Assembly: GCF_022045235.1 (NCBI RefSeq)
Contig: NW_027266264.1
Span: 74,090,001 to 74,154,000, forward strand
Source: Haliotis cracherodii
Lineage: Eukaryota
Length of the DNA stretch: 64,000 nucleotides
Direction of reading: 5' to 3'
In this document: positions 1 to 12,500 of the stretch, in pieces
Position numbering within the stretch: the stretch's first letter is position 1
Layout of the letters: the number at the start of each line of letters is the position of its first letter
Made by a program: the position numbers and the translations under genes
Notes under the pieces: model-generated
The model's database searches: none
Seen by the model: only the letters and a program-made list of their open reading frames with translations
What the model was told of the DNA's origin: nothing

Positions 1-3000
1 TCCTGGGGGTCAGGATTGGGCTCAGATGTCAAGGTCAAACGAAATTCATCCTGGTCATCGTCATGCATCAACTCCTCCATATAGCTTCAAAATTATAATC
101 AGGATTTAGGCAAATAGCACGAGTGACTTAAGACATATCTGAAATCAAGTGTCCATCAAAAATGGAATCAATAAATTGCATTACATGAACTATTTAGAAC
201 ATTTGCAGTTGTAAAGAACTAATTACCATCTCATGTTTTCTCTGATATTTTTAATTATTCATTATGTAGGAGAATATCTAAAGATGACTAATATTTGAAA
301 AACAGATCCCACAGTTCTACATCTCCATGGCCTGTATTAAATCTGTTGCTGTGAAACATCTATGATACTAGAGAGTGTTGAAGTGGTTCGGGGAAACCTA
401 GAGTCTGGATACAGTGGGAAGACACAAGTAGAATCTGCCCAGCCATGACACCAAGGTCTTAATCTGAACTGATATTTACTCACAAACATTTAGGATTTCT
501 TTAAGTCTTTAAGCAAATTATTTGTTCTTTAAGCAAATTATTTCTTAAACCTGTGAGATTGCCATTACATGTTAAAAAATGTCAAATACTAAAAGCTAAG
601 ATTTTTTTAATGAGAACCGTTCAGAAATGATATAAGTATCAATACAGACAGATTCTACTTGAGATACGGAAGGGGTACTTGATATGTGTGTTCAACTGGA
701 ATTACCCCTTGGGAGAAAGAGTCTATACTTGTGTTACACAGATCAACACAGTCATGTTGGAGAAACAGGTGCGTCTGTGTGAATCTGTACTACGCTGTCT
801 ACACTGCGAACAAACTACCAGCTACAAACTCACATACAAATGCAGCAATGAATAGGACTATACTAAAGGACAATGCAGACATACATTGACAAAACATCCA
901 TCTAAATAACCCAAATAAAAAAATTTAACAATAATTATTTCATTATGCACTGCCTGTGTTCGATTGAGGAATAATTGAGATCAAATCTTTTTGTCATTAC
1001 CCTAATGTTAGAATATTTAAAGGGGCATTCTCAAGTTTAAACAATATGTCCAAAAAAGCCAGGCATCCCTTTAATTTCTAACATTGTATTTTTCATATGA
1101 TGTCGTTGCGTTTCAATATTTCAAATACAACATAATCGTAACTGGAAAAGTGAAATTTCTGTAATTCATGACAGATAAAGATGAAGAGAAAAACTTTGGA
1201 AAACTTAATACTGTAGACTCCTTTAATTGTTAAAATGCATACAGGTGTCACAATTGTTGAAACGAAAAATTGTCTTATGGATGCCACCTTGTTTTCTTTG
1301 AGTAAGGATATATAGTGATGCTAAAATGGAAAATCTTACTTTGATTGTTGTTTAAAATTTTATTTCAAGAAGTTTTTAAGTAAATTTAACCTCAAATCAA
1401 CCCTGGCGACATATTAAATAATATTTTCAGATTTTGTCTCCTGCAGCTTATCATTGAGAGCAAGAAAATCCATGAAACAAGGACAAACTTGGTCTGGCCT
1501 GAAAGTTTAAATACAAGCCTTACTTATGTGGCCTCCCTGAGACCGACAAAAGAGTGTTAACCAGTGTTCGAGATAACAACATCCCAGTACTATCTCAGGT
1601 GGATTGTTAGTTTCTAGTGTCACTCATAATCCAGTCTGTCCATGTTCAAATCATAAGTTGTGACTGCCTGAAGGACTCCCCTAAAACATAAGTTCCCGAT
1701 TTCACCATTCAGGTATGTGGTGGTGTTATAATTATAAATGGTGACTCTAATGTCACATTAGGAAAAAGAATTCCCAATACTAATGTATTGTTAATCAATG
1801 ATAAGAAAACAAACCTTTCTTCACAGTGTTAAAGAAAATGGTACTCCATCTGACCAGTTACATATTTCAGTTACTCCGAACACTGGTTTCATAAATCTTA
1901 AAGAAACCATTGGTGCTCTGGAAGCATTTTGTATTCTGAATTAATGTTGAGTCTTTGTATTTCTGATATGAAATAAATATATCTGCACTGCCTGTATTGG
2001 AATAGCACTAGCATGTGTATGCACTAGAGAGTGTTGGCCTATGCTAAATTTACTGAACTGAGGTAAAAGAGCAGAAAGCACATGATACGCCTTTATCGCA
2101 GAAATTCTGTCATCAGATCTCAATTATTCGTGTCCATTAAATCTTTCGAACCATGTTCTCTTGAGAGCTGTTTGTGGTTCAAATCAAAATGTCTATAACC
2201 ATTAAGTTCCCAGAAATAACTTTCAGAAATCACAAAGCTACAGTGAAACCTTGTCGCCCTATACCCACATGGGGATTATGGGGTAGGACCAATGCCCAGT
2301 AAACTGTGCTTGTCAAGAGAGTCCACCCCCATAATAGGGTGGTCAGGTTCAGTGACTTGGCTGATAGCTTGTTATTGTGCTCCAGTGGCACAGATCGCTG
2401 CTCATGATTTCAGTCACTGGTTTGCCAAACTCATTTGTTTAGAGGCTACAGTGACATAGCTGAAATATTGCTGATATTACATAGCATTAACAATCTCATT
2501 AAAATCATACCTTAGTTCTCACTACCGCTAAACAAAGATCTGAGGACATCCCATTAGGGGTCACGTCAGAATGACCTTTCATCCGACCAATCAGAGCGTC
2601 GCTTACCAGATTATGAAAGTGACAGTCGGAATGTGATTTCTAACCATGCAACCTCGAAAACTTTAACATGGGGTATTCCGAACGATAGTAACAGGTTTAA
2701 CGACAGAATCCTTACAATCTAGACCATCTATTAGCCATTCCAAAATGTTTTTTGTTCAGGTTTCACCAATTTGAAATAAGTGCCGTAAAGCAGGAGAAAG
2801 CTGCCCTCCGATTGGTCATTCCATTGGTCGGTCAAAGTTCGCGCAAGGTCGGTCTGACGTGACCCGTAATGGGATGTCCTCACATCTTTGTTTAGCAGTA
2901 GCGAGAACTAAGATCTGATTGATAGGATTAACTCCAGTAAACTCAACATTAAGTGAGTGAGTGAGTGAGCAAGTATGGTCTTACACAGCTTTTAGCAATA

Positions 3001-6000
3001 TCACTGCAATACCATGGCTAGGGATGCAAGTTACGAGCTTCACATATTGTATATATGTGGGGATTTGAACCAGGGTCTTCAGCTTGACAAGTAAATGCTT
3101 TGACCACTAAACTATCCGATCACCCCTCAACATTTGGTAGGGGGCACAGGTGGCCCAGTCGTCTAAGGTACCACGATTTGCTGTGCAGAGTTTTGTCCCT
3201 TGGGCATGCCAGAAACCTATGATTGTGGGTTTGAATCCAGGTTCGCCCCAATTAGGTTTCTAGGTTTGTCAGCACCATATCCGTGCTTGTGGGTTTTACC
3301 GAAGTGGTAAATGTCTGAGACCTGCATCACTTCCAGCTTTCCTCCAACATTAAGCTGACATGCTGTGATATAACTGGAATAATGTTAAAAGCAGCATTAA
3401 ACCTAACTCACTCACTCACTCAACATTGGGTAGCCTTGTTGTTAAAGGGTTCGCTCATCATGCCGAAGACCCGGGTTCCATACACCACATTGCTGTCCAC
3501 ATCACCACACTACTCACTCACTCACCCACAACATTAAGACAATGTAACTTATGGTCCTGACGGAATCCTTAAAGTCTCCAATACTACACGCAGCACTGGA
3601 AGTTTGACAAGGTTTCACTGGTATACTGTTTTCTCTCCAAATACTTCTGCACTTAATTATTAGACTCAGTGAGATTGCCGCGGAGACAAAGCCTGCGGAG
3701 ACAAAAGCCTGCGGAGACGAAGCCTGCGGAGTGTGCAGCTGCTGGCCAGGCGTGCAGGTGCTCCACAACAACATCTGTGTAACAACTAGTCACAAAAAGC
3801 AACACACACAAACAAAATCATTTCAAATCCTACAAGTGTAATTCAACCTATTCTGGAAATTCTGAGACAAATATTGTTCTACACCAGAAAAGTATCCTTT
3901 ACACTAAAGAGATATGAATGAAAATTGTGGATGGAACATGCTTCTTTGCCATTGCGTGGCATGCCTACCCCGTCAGATCCACATCCTCCCCCAGCTCCTC
4001 ATCTGCCTCGCTGTCGCTGTCACTGTCACTGTCACGCTTCGGAGCCTGCCATGCATTCCGTGCCTCTTCTTCCTTCTTCCTCTTCTCAGCGTACAAAGCT
4101 GCAGTCTGCAACATTGTCAGAACAAGTTGGGTAAGCAAGAGACAAAACCTTTTATAGCATACAGCAACTCTCCATGTAATTACCAAAATTTGTATCTTTT
4201 TCAGTATTTATTTACAGATCTTCACTTACTGATCAAAAGCAGTCATTATACAAACATGAACTCTACTGCAGAGAATCATGCATAAACAAGACGTTCCATC
4301 TTGCCTATTGTCAATCAGACATGTTTATCGCTGTTGTGTAGATATCAGTCGGTCTGTAGATAATTGAGTCTGGAACAGACAATCCAGTGATTGATATCAT
4401 TAGCATCGATCCACGCATTGGGATATGGTCTGTAGATAATCGAGTCTGGAACAGACCCACCAGTGACTGATATCATGAGCATCCACACAATTGTGATACG
4501 AAGACATATATCAACCAAGTCAGTGCGCCTGACAACCCAACCCCAGAATTGACCAAGGTATGGATTAGTCTGGTTTTGACAGATTCCACAATACTCACTT
4601 TAGTCTCTCTCTCGTGTTTGATGAGTTGGAACAATCCATGGCCAAGCTTCACATTCCGGATCATGTTCCTGAAAGATGAAGAATGTCCCAAGAACATTGT
4701 GATTAGGAACTCCAATGAAACATGGCTGACATGGATGTAATCACAGCCTCTCGAGGGGACATCACACATATGGGACATTAACTAACACAATCAATGTATG
4801 AATAGCTCTGTAACCAGACCTGACAAGAATACCCGTTCCATCGCAAACATACTCATTAAGGATAACATGCATGGCCACCCAGGATTTGTCTTATTATGAC
4901 TGTGGTCAGGGGAAATGGGGTATAACAAGATTATTGCACTTGTGGAGCAATGTGTATTATTATTGTGAGTATGGTTTAATGTATTTTTGTCCTTCAGTCA
5001 AACCACACTGCCTCTGTTAGGGATGACTATCAAGGGGATAGTATTACTATTACGATAGCTGAAAACATTTATTTGATATTATTGCAATACAGGCACAACC
5101 CAATGGCAATAGTCGTATGTTATTTTGATAACCGGTGCCATCCAATTTGTGTCTTCTTGTACTAGTTCGGACAAATGCTGGTCTCAAATAAGGCTTCAAA
5201 GAGTACTCGAGTATTCGGTCACGGGCCGAGTTTAGTGGGACTCGAGTCCAGTTTGAAGGACTCGAGTACTCGACCAAGGAAGATAACTCTAGTTTGGTCG
5301 ACTTTCAATAAGTTAATAGAAATGTGTCTTTAAGTAACTTTCTTTTTCATGAGTAATCAATTAAATCAAATAAAAGTGTCAATAGCTTTCCTTTTAGTTA
5401 TTTTTCGAAACAATACACTTATTTACAAACATTTCATAAGGATATTTCCTGGTTTTAAAAAGTACTTTATTTCTACTTTAAAACAGATGGTTTACGAAAC
5501 TATTAAACTGTCGCAAGCAGTAGACCTATTCATTCTTAATTAGCGTTGTGACGTTAATCATTATTAATTCAATATTTTCATAAGATATTTATAACTGGAC
5601 ATCACTTTATTGAATATTAACATTGTGTTACTGTATCCCATTATTATTTATCTCTTCAAATGTCAGGAAAACGTCTTACAGAAGCCAACTAAAAATTTTC
5701 AAGCCTAGTAATCTTTCAATGTTTTGTTTTCAATTAAGAAAAAGGTAAATACTGACTTTTGACTTTGTGATAAGATTGAAAATGTTAATTTTAACTCATT
5801 AGCTATATTTGTCATTTATTGACAACTTCCATCGGCGCTGACATCAAATGATCTTATTTATCATATAAGGTGACCTACGATGTCACTGTGACTCTTTCAT
5901 TTTGAATATGATAGGATAATTGCCAATTTTATTGAAAAGATGTATAATTGCAGGTATTTGAGCACGAGCCGAGTCTTACCCCTCGGGTACTCGCGTCCAT

Positions 6001-6547
6001 ATTTTTGGACCTGTTGAAGCCCTAGTCTCAAAGTGCTAGCACTGAGATACCATGCATCAGTTAACAACACCAGTCAGACAGATTATACTGACTCTCAGCT
6101 GACGAGTCCTCATGTTCTATCCCATTAAAGCTGAGTACTAGGCAGAGTAACAACAAGTACATTCTTTCAATGTCCTTTCATATGATGGGAACATGGATCG
6201 AACCAGTGACGTCCCGCTCTCCGACCAGGTACTCCTGGATACCACAGCAGTCAATAGTTCACTCACTTTAATTAGGGCATAATGTGGCTGGTGACGTGTA
6301 TTGATTGTATAACAATGAGCAGCATGTTCAATATCTAAGTAGAAATCTCCTTGGATTTACATGTCAAAGTGAAATATGGCTAATCAATGTAGCCGATGTA
6401 ATTAAAGTAGTACTGCAAACAATTATGTTTTTATTTTGTTTAGTTTTTTTTATAACACCTGATTATGGATAACAATTTCTGGTTATTTCGATGTAGATTA
6501 TTACACCGTTATCAAGCTCGGGTGACTACAACCAAGTAATGAATGAT

Positions 6548-6580
<33 letters not shown>

Positions 6581-9500
6581 TGCCTTGGTAACAGGTCTTT
6601 TATTTTGAATCATATAATTCTTAGTGTCAATGATTTCATCAGAAACAGGTTGATTGCATTTAATTATTTATACATGTCATACTGAGTAGGGCTGGGACGG
6701 GTCCAGATATACTACCCGGGTACCCACACCCCTATTACCCAACCCTACCCAGGTACCTGCTGTAGGTCTCAAGAGATACCAGTACAAAATGTCTGATTGG
6801 GAATAGGTTGACCCTAGCTCTGAAAAAAACGTATTTAGGTACACTATAAAATGATCTGGTCATGCACACACTGAAGTTGACTGAAGTTTTATTTGTATTC
6901 AAACATGTGAAGGTCAGAAGTAATGCATGCATAGTGCGAGCAAACAATTCACCTTAAGCAAAAGGAGAACTTATTTCCCACATTGCCCTGTACGCATGGC
7001 AAGAAAGTAAGTGACACAATGCAGTAATAAATTTTCCCATGATTTTTTTTATTTTAAAAAGTGTTTTTTATTTATTCTTTGTTCCTCTTGCTTCCAGGTA
7101 TTTGAACTTTGCATACAAGCAACAATGCTGCACTTAGATAGGTGTGTGCTTGCACGGGTGTGTGACTGCTTGTACTAGTCCGAACTGATGCTGGTTTTAT
7201 AGTGCTTAGCCCTCAGAGACCATGCTGTAGGTTAATACCCTACTCAGTTAGAATATGTTGACATTGAGCCGAACAGTCCTTGTGTGATCCTCTTAATACT
7301 GAGTGCCGCGCAGGGTAACAACAAGTACCATCTTTTAACATCTTTTGGTATGACGCGGCCAGGAATCAAACCCCCAACCTTCCTTTCTCCTGGCATATGC
7401 TCTATCGACTACATCACTGAGGCAGTCTACAGTTCCTAGGAGATGAGCCCTAATATTCCATCACATCAAGATGTATCAGACAATTATTTGTCAAAATACA
7501 CAGCAAAATTTAGTTTTACAAAAACCTGACACTCAATACTGATCACTGTGAAATCTTCAGTTTTTATTTTAGATGCCAAGATAAAGGCAAAAAATTTGAA
7601 GCGATTCATTTTAATCATCATTAAATATTTACAAACTGCCTCATGTGATCTGGTTGTTGTTGTTGTTGACATTGAAATCATTATTGATATGAAATCCTTG
7701 ACCTTTCACGCACAGCTAACCTCAGACTATATTCTATCACTTTCCCTCAAACACCACCACCTATTGTCCCAAATACTCAATAAACATTACCAGTGTTCTA
7801 CACTGGTGGAAGAACATGAGCCTGGATTCCCATGGCCTGACATTGTATGTTGCTATGTACGCCAGTGTTAAAGACTTGTTTATTGCAGCCCCCCTAATAT
7901 ATACTGGCATGATCCCTCTTAATGAGACTCCATGAAGCAATTGACACCGATCCCTCATGTCAATCAATACATCAACGCCACACTGCCAGATTCCATGAGA
8001 CACATGCACCAAGTTGCCAGGTTGTTTAAAGGGGTTCTTTCATCATTGTAATACATCTTCAGTCGTGATCTGGCAGAGGGATTAAAGACATTTTCTACTA
8101 CTTAAAATTGTACCAAAACAATGCCTTCATTCGTGTTTACTGAAGAATTCATCACCTGTAAGGATTTATGGATTTATATATAATATATCAAAGCCAGTTT
8201 TATTGTTACAGTACATGGCACCATTAACATAAGATTTATATTGCCACCAGACACAATGGACTAATCCATTTCTATGTCACTTACAAGACAAAGGAGAATT
8301 AAGTGCACCAGAGTCTAACAGATAAAAATGTTTAAAGAAAATAATGTAATGGTTCGGATATATTTACTTAACCATACTTATAAAAACAAAAGAAAGTTAT
8401 TCCAACTTAAGGTCAGCTTATAAAGACACATTACTTTTGAATAATGTCATTTAGAATTTTCTTACTTTGTGTAAAATAACAGATTGTTGCACTGAGCATT
8501 TCTGAATTCTGATGGCTTAATCTGGGATGTGATGTGATGTAATTCATTCTTATCTCCCTGGAACTCCATGTACAGCTATGGCACTATGGTAACCATGTAA
8601 GCATATGTTTTATTAAACATATTTTATTGTCCAAAAAGACAAAGGGATTCCCCGGCACAAGTGGACCACTTATTGCCGCCTTCTCCCTGATATGTTTAAT
8701 CCTTTCATAAAAAACGATTTATTTCTGAAAAAATTAATCTTAATGATCTTGTAAAATATTGTGGGACAGGACCAAAAGGCAATGAAAATAGACTGAGCTC
8801 AGTTTCTTATTTCATTTCATATTTGTTAAATATTGTGTTGGTGCAATTTGTAACTAAAGCAGTTCTTGTTCTCAACATATTTTCATGGTCATAATCTGCG
8901 ATCAAGAAGAAAATGTTCTCTTATGAAGGCTACAATGTATTTTATCCTACATCCATGTCAGAATGATGAAATCTGATTGGTCCACGTGATCTTGATAAAA
9001 TACTATGTATCCCGCCTTGGAGGGAAATAAATTTCTCAGCAGGTGGATAAATCCCTTATACCCCACCACAAGCAAGTCAGGCTGCACATGGATTTCTGAG
9101 AGGCAGAATAATTTCCTTATACCCCACCACGAGCAAGTCAGGTTGCACATGGATTTCTGAGAGGCAAAATAATTTCCTTATACCCCACCACGAGCAAGTC
9201 AGGTTGCACATGGATTTCTGAGAGGCAGAATAAATCCCTTATACCCCAACACGAGCAAGTCAGGCTGCACATTGATTTCTGAGAGGCAGAATAAATCAAA
9301 GCTGCACACTTTTTCCGAGTCTATGGAAGTCACGTGACATAGCACAAGATAACATCAGCTGAACAGCTGTTTTCTATCAATTTTGAATTTGTTTTAATTC
9401 TTTAACAAAGTCACATCAAAACATGTCAGTAACATAAATTTGTTGTAGCAGGATCACTTGGGGTTTACAGGGTTTTGTGTGTCCCTCATTAGGTTTTATA

Positions 9501-12500
9501 AAACTTGCCTCCATCTCATGGTATAAAACCCAACACGGGTTTCATAACCTGATTTCAGATTTCGGAATTGATCTAATGAAGGATATATAATGATAATGCA
9601 CAAGATATCAAAGGATATACAATATATCAGACAAATATTACCTTGTCAATAATATATAATGATGATTTGTCAAGTATAATAACGGTGTGTGGCTGCTTGT
9701 TATACTCCAGATTGATGCCAATTATAGAGCTAGCCCACTGAGATACCAACTGCCACAGTTTAACATGAATACCCCATGCAGATACAGTATACGGACTCCG
9801 AGCCGACCAGTCCTTGTTTTAGCCCCTTAACGCCGAGCACCAGACAGACTAACAACAAATTCCATCTTTTAAGGTGTCTTTTGGTATGACACAGCCAGGG
9901 ATCAAACCCTGGACCTTCCGCTAAGGGCGGATGCTCTACCACAAGACCAAGGAGGCCGCCTCAAGGAAATATACTGGTCTTGTCAATGACATAAAAAGGT
10001 CCTTTCAAATGTATAAAGGTCTCATCAGAGACACACAATGTTCAAGGATATGTAATGATCAAGGATGTCTGTTTGTATGGCCGCTATATGCTATGACATG
10101 AAGCATACATTAAATTATTAAGGCTAACAAGGGCTAGGTACGTTGCCAGGGTGGTCTAGTCTCTGTCTGTTTAAACATAGCCATGGTTGTACACTTGTTT
10201 GGACCTCCACGGTGAAGGCAAACACAACACAGGTATTGCTGACATTATCGTGGTGTGGACAGACAGGTAGAAGTATGCAGGTAATTGACTCCAGGAGACT
10301 GACAAGTGGTTTGCATTGATTCACTTTCTGTTTTCATGTCAAAACAAATGTTTACACATGAGCCTTGACAAACCTTTCTTATTTTTCACTAGAGCAGGTA
10401 AAACAAATGTTGTTGACTTAAAATTGGAAAAAGAAAAAAAGGCAATATATGACTGTACGAGGACATCCAGGCAGTTGTATACACATCGTCCCGAGGCAAG
10501 AGAGTTAACTGACTTTAAAAGTCCAGTTTCCACCCTTGCCGAACTAGGCTGGAATTCCTGGGCTCTATCGTAGCGCCACCAGTGGCTATTACCAATTATG
10601 TCCCTTCTAAGCCTCTCCTATGGACCAATCAGATTCCACCTCTTGCATCTCTTGCATTTGATTCAAACAAAGATTTTGAAAATATCTGTTGAGAACGAGT
10701 TGGCGGTGCACATGCATTGCAAATCCTACAATCGACCTAAATTTGCATGAGAGTTTATGAACCAGATTTCGATTTCGTTGCGCAATTTTGATTGGACTAT
10801 GTATAGACTCGTTAGTCCAGCCAAATTGTAACTCCATAATACCAGCCTAGTTCGGCAAGGGTGGAAACTGGACTTTTATGGTCAGTTAACTCCCTTGCCT
10901 CAGGAAGATGTGGTATACATGGAGAACACTGACGGATGACTTTCTGTATCAGTAACACATGATTTAGTTTAACATTGTCTATTATGAGTGGATTGATTAA
11001 TAGGTAATTTGACTGAATACAAATATTTCAAAGTAATAGATAACAATGATTGGTATGCATAGTGTGCTTAGAAGAGCAAAGTGTGGTCCATGGCCACTGC
11101 AAACTTTTCATAAAGACAACAAATTCTTTGAGCATCAGTGAACATCACATTTTAACAATATTCCAGCAATATCAGACCACCTCCATGCTCTAGTGGTAGA
11201 GTGTCTGTATGGAGAGAGGTAGGTCCGGGGTTTGATCCAGAAGGTACATGCTACCCTGTCTGGTGCACGTCATTAAGGGGCTAAAACAAGGACTGGTCAG
11301 CTCGGAGTCAGCATACTGTGTCTGAGTGGGGTATTCATGTTAAACTGTGGGATGGTATCTTAGCTCTACAAATCGGCATCAATCGGATTGGTAAAAGCAG
11401 CCACACACACATGTGCATGTACTTTGCTATATAAGTGCAATAGTCTTGGACGCGACGTAAAACCCAGTTTCACCTCACACTCCGTTCATACACGTAAATT
11501 TGTAATGGACAATACCGTGAATAGGCTTCACAGATTGGGTCCATTAGGAAATCAAACCCAGGCCTTCATCTCAGCTTTATCTTCTGACCTACCCCACCAA
11601 CTCATCCTTGTCTCAGCTCATTACTTGGTACTTAATCAATAGACTTATTCCATATTTCAAGAGAGTTAGCATTGCTTCTATTCCACACCAAACAGAGTGA
11701 TACAACATTCAAACCTATAACAACCCAGAATCCCTGTGGGGGAATATTGACTTTTGACCTAGACTTATTCAGGAACACCTATTTAATGGTCTATTGCCTG
11801 TAAGGTGATATACAGATTACATTACATCACACCCATATCACAGGGCTCATTAAACCACTGTTGTGCTCCTATAGCACCTCCACAATGGCAGGCATATCTT
11901 GTTAGAGGGACTGTATCAAAACTATAAATATCATTTATTTATTCTTCAATTCCAACTTTATTCGACCTGGTATTTCATGTAGAATTACGAAATAACTTCC
12001 TGACAAAGTTGAAACACTTTGTTCATAACAGTGACAATTGTTACTTTGAGACAGCCCCTACTCTGACCATCCACCAATCAGATAGCTAGCCTACCTCCCA
12101 CTGTCAACCTCTTTCTTGAGTGTATTCAGGTCCTTTCGTGTCCTACGGAGTACAAACTTGGCAGCAGTCTGGAAAAAATAAATTTATTTATTACTTATTA
12201 TTTTCTTCTTCTATCACAAAAAGATGGTTGTAAAAATAAGAAATGAGAATCATTGATGTCTCCATGTACAATAATCAAAGAAGTATAATAATAATCCTAA
12301 TCTTTAATACAGATCTGTTTATGGTGGAAGCTTCTTGTGGATTAGTGCATACACTAATAGCTTAGCTATAAACCAATACACTGCCTTAGGCACTGGCAGA
12401 TAATCCCTTGTCTTAATCATCTCAACCTTAAGACTAGTGATTTACCTTAAGTGAGTGAGTGAGTATTGTTTTACACCGCTTTTAGCAATATTCCAGCAAC

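Noticed and set aside
7960-8072. Candidate extra CCDC60 exon (SRLKMYYNDERTPLNNLATW...)
   Set aside because: The flanking exons already join in frame across a conserved motif (DSGR|NMIRNVKLG), and there is no convincing donor.
10477-10917. Transib/RAG-like MITE reading (CAC...GTG ends with 5-bp GTATA TSD)
   Set aside because: The second copy (41256-41762) starts at CAT and ends at ATG, and both copies fit a 9-bp TSD, so Mutator-like is the better reading.
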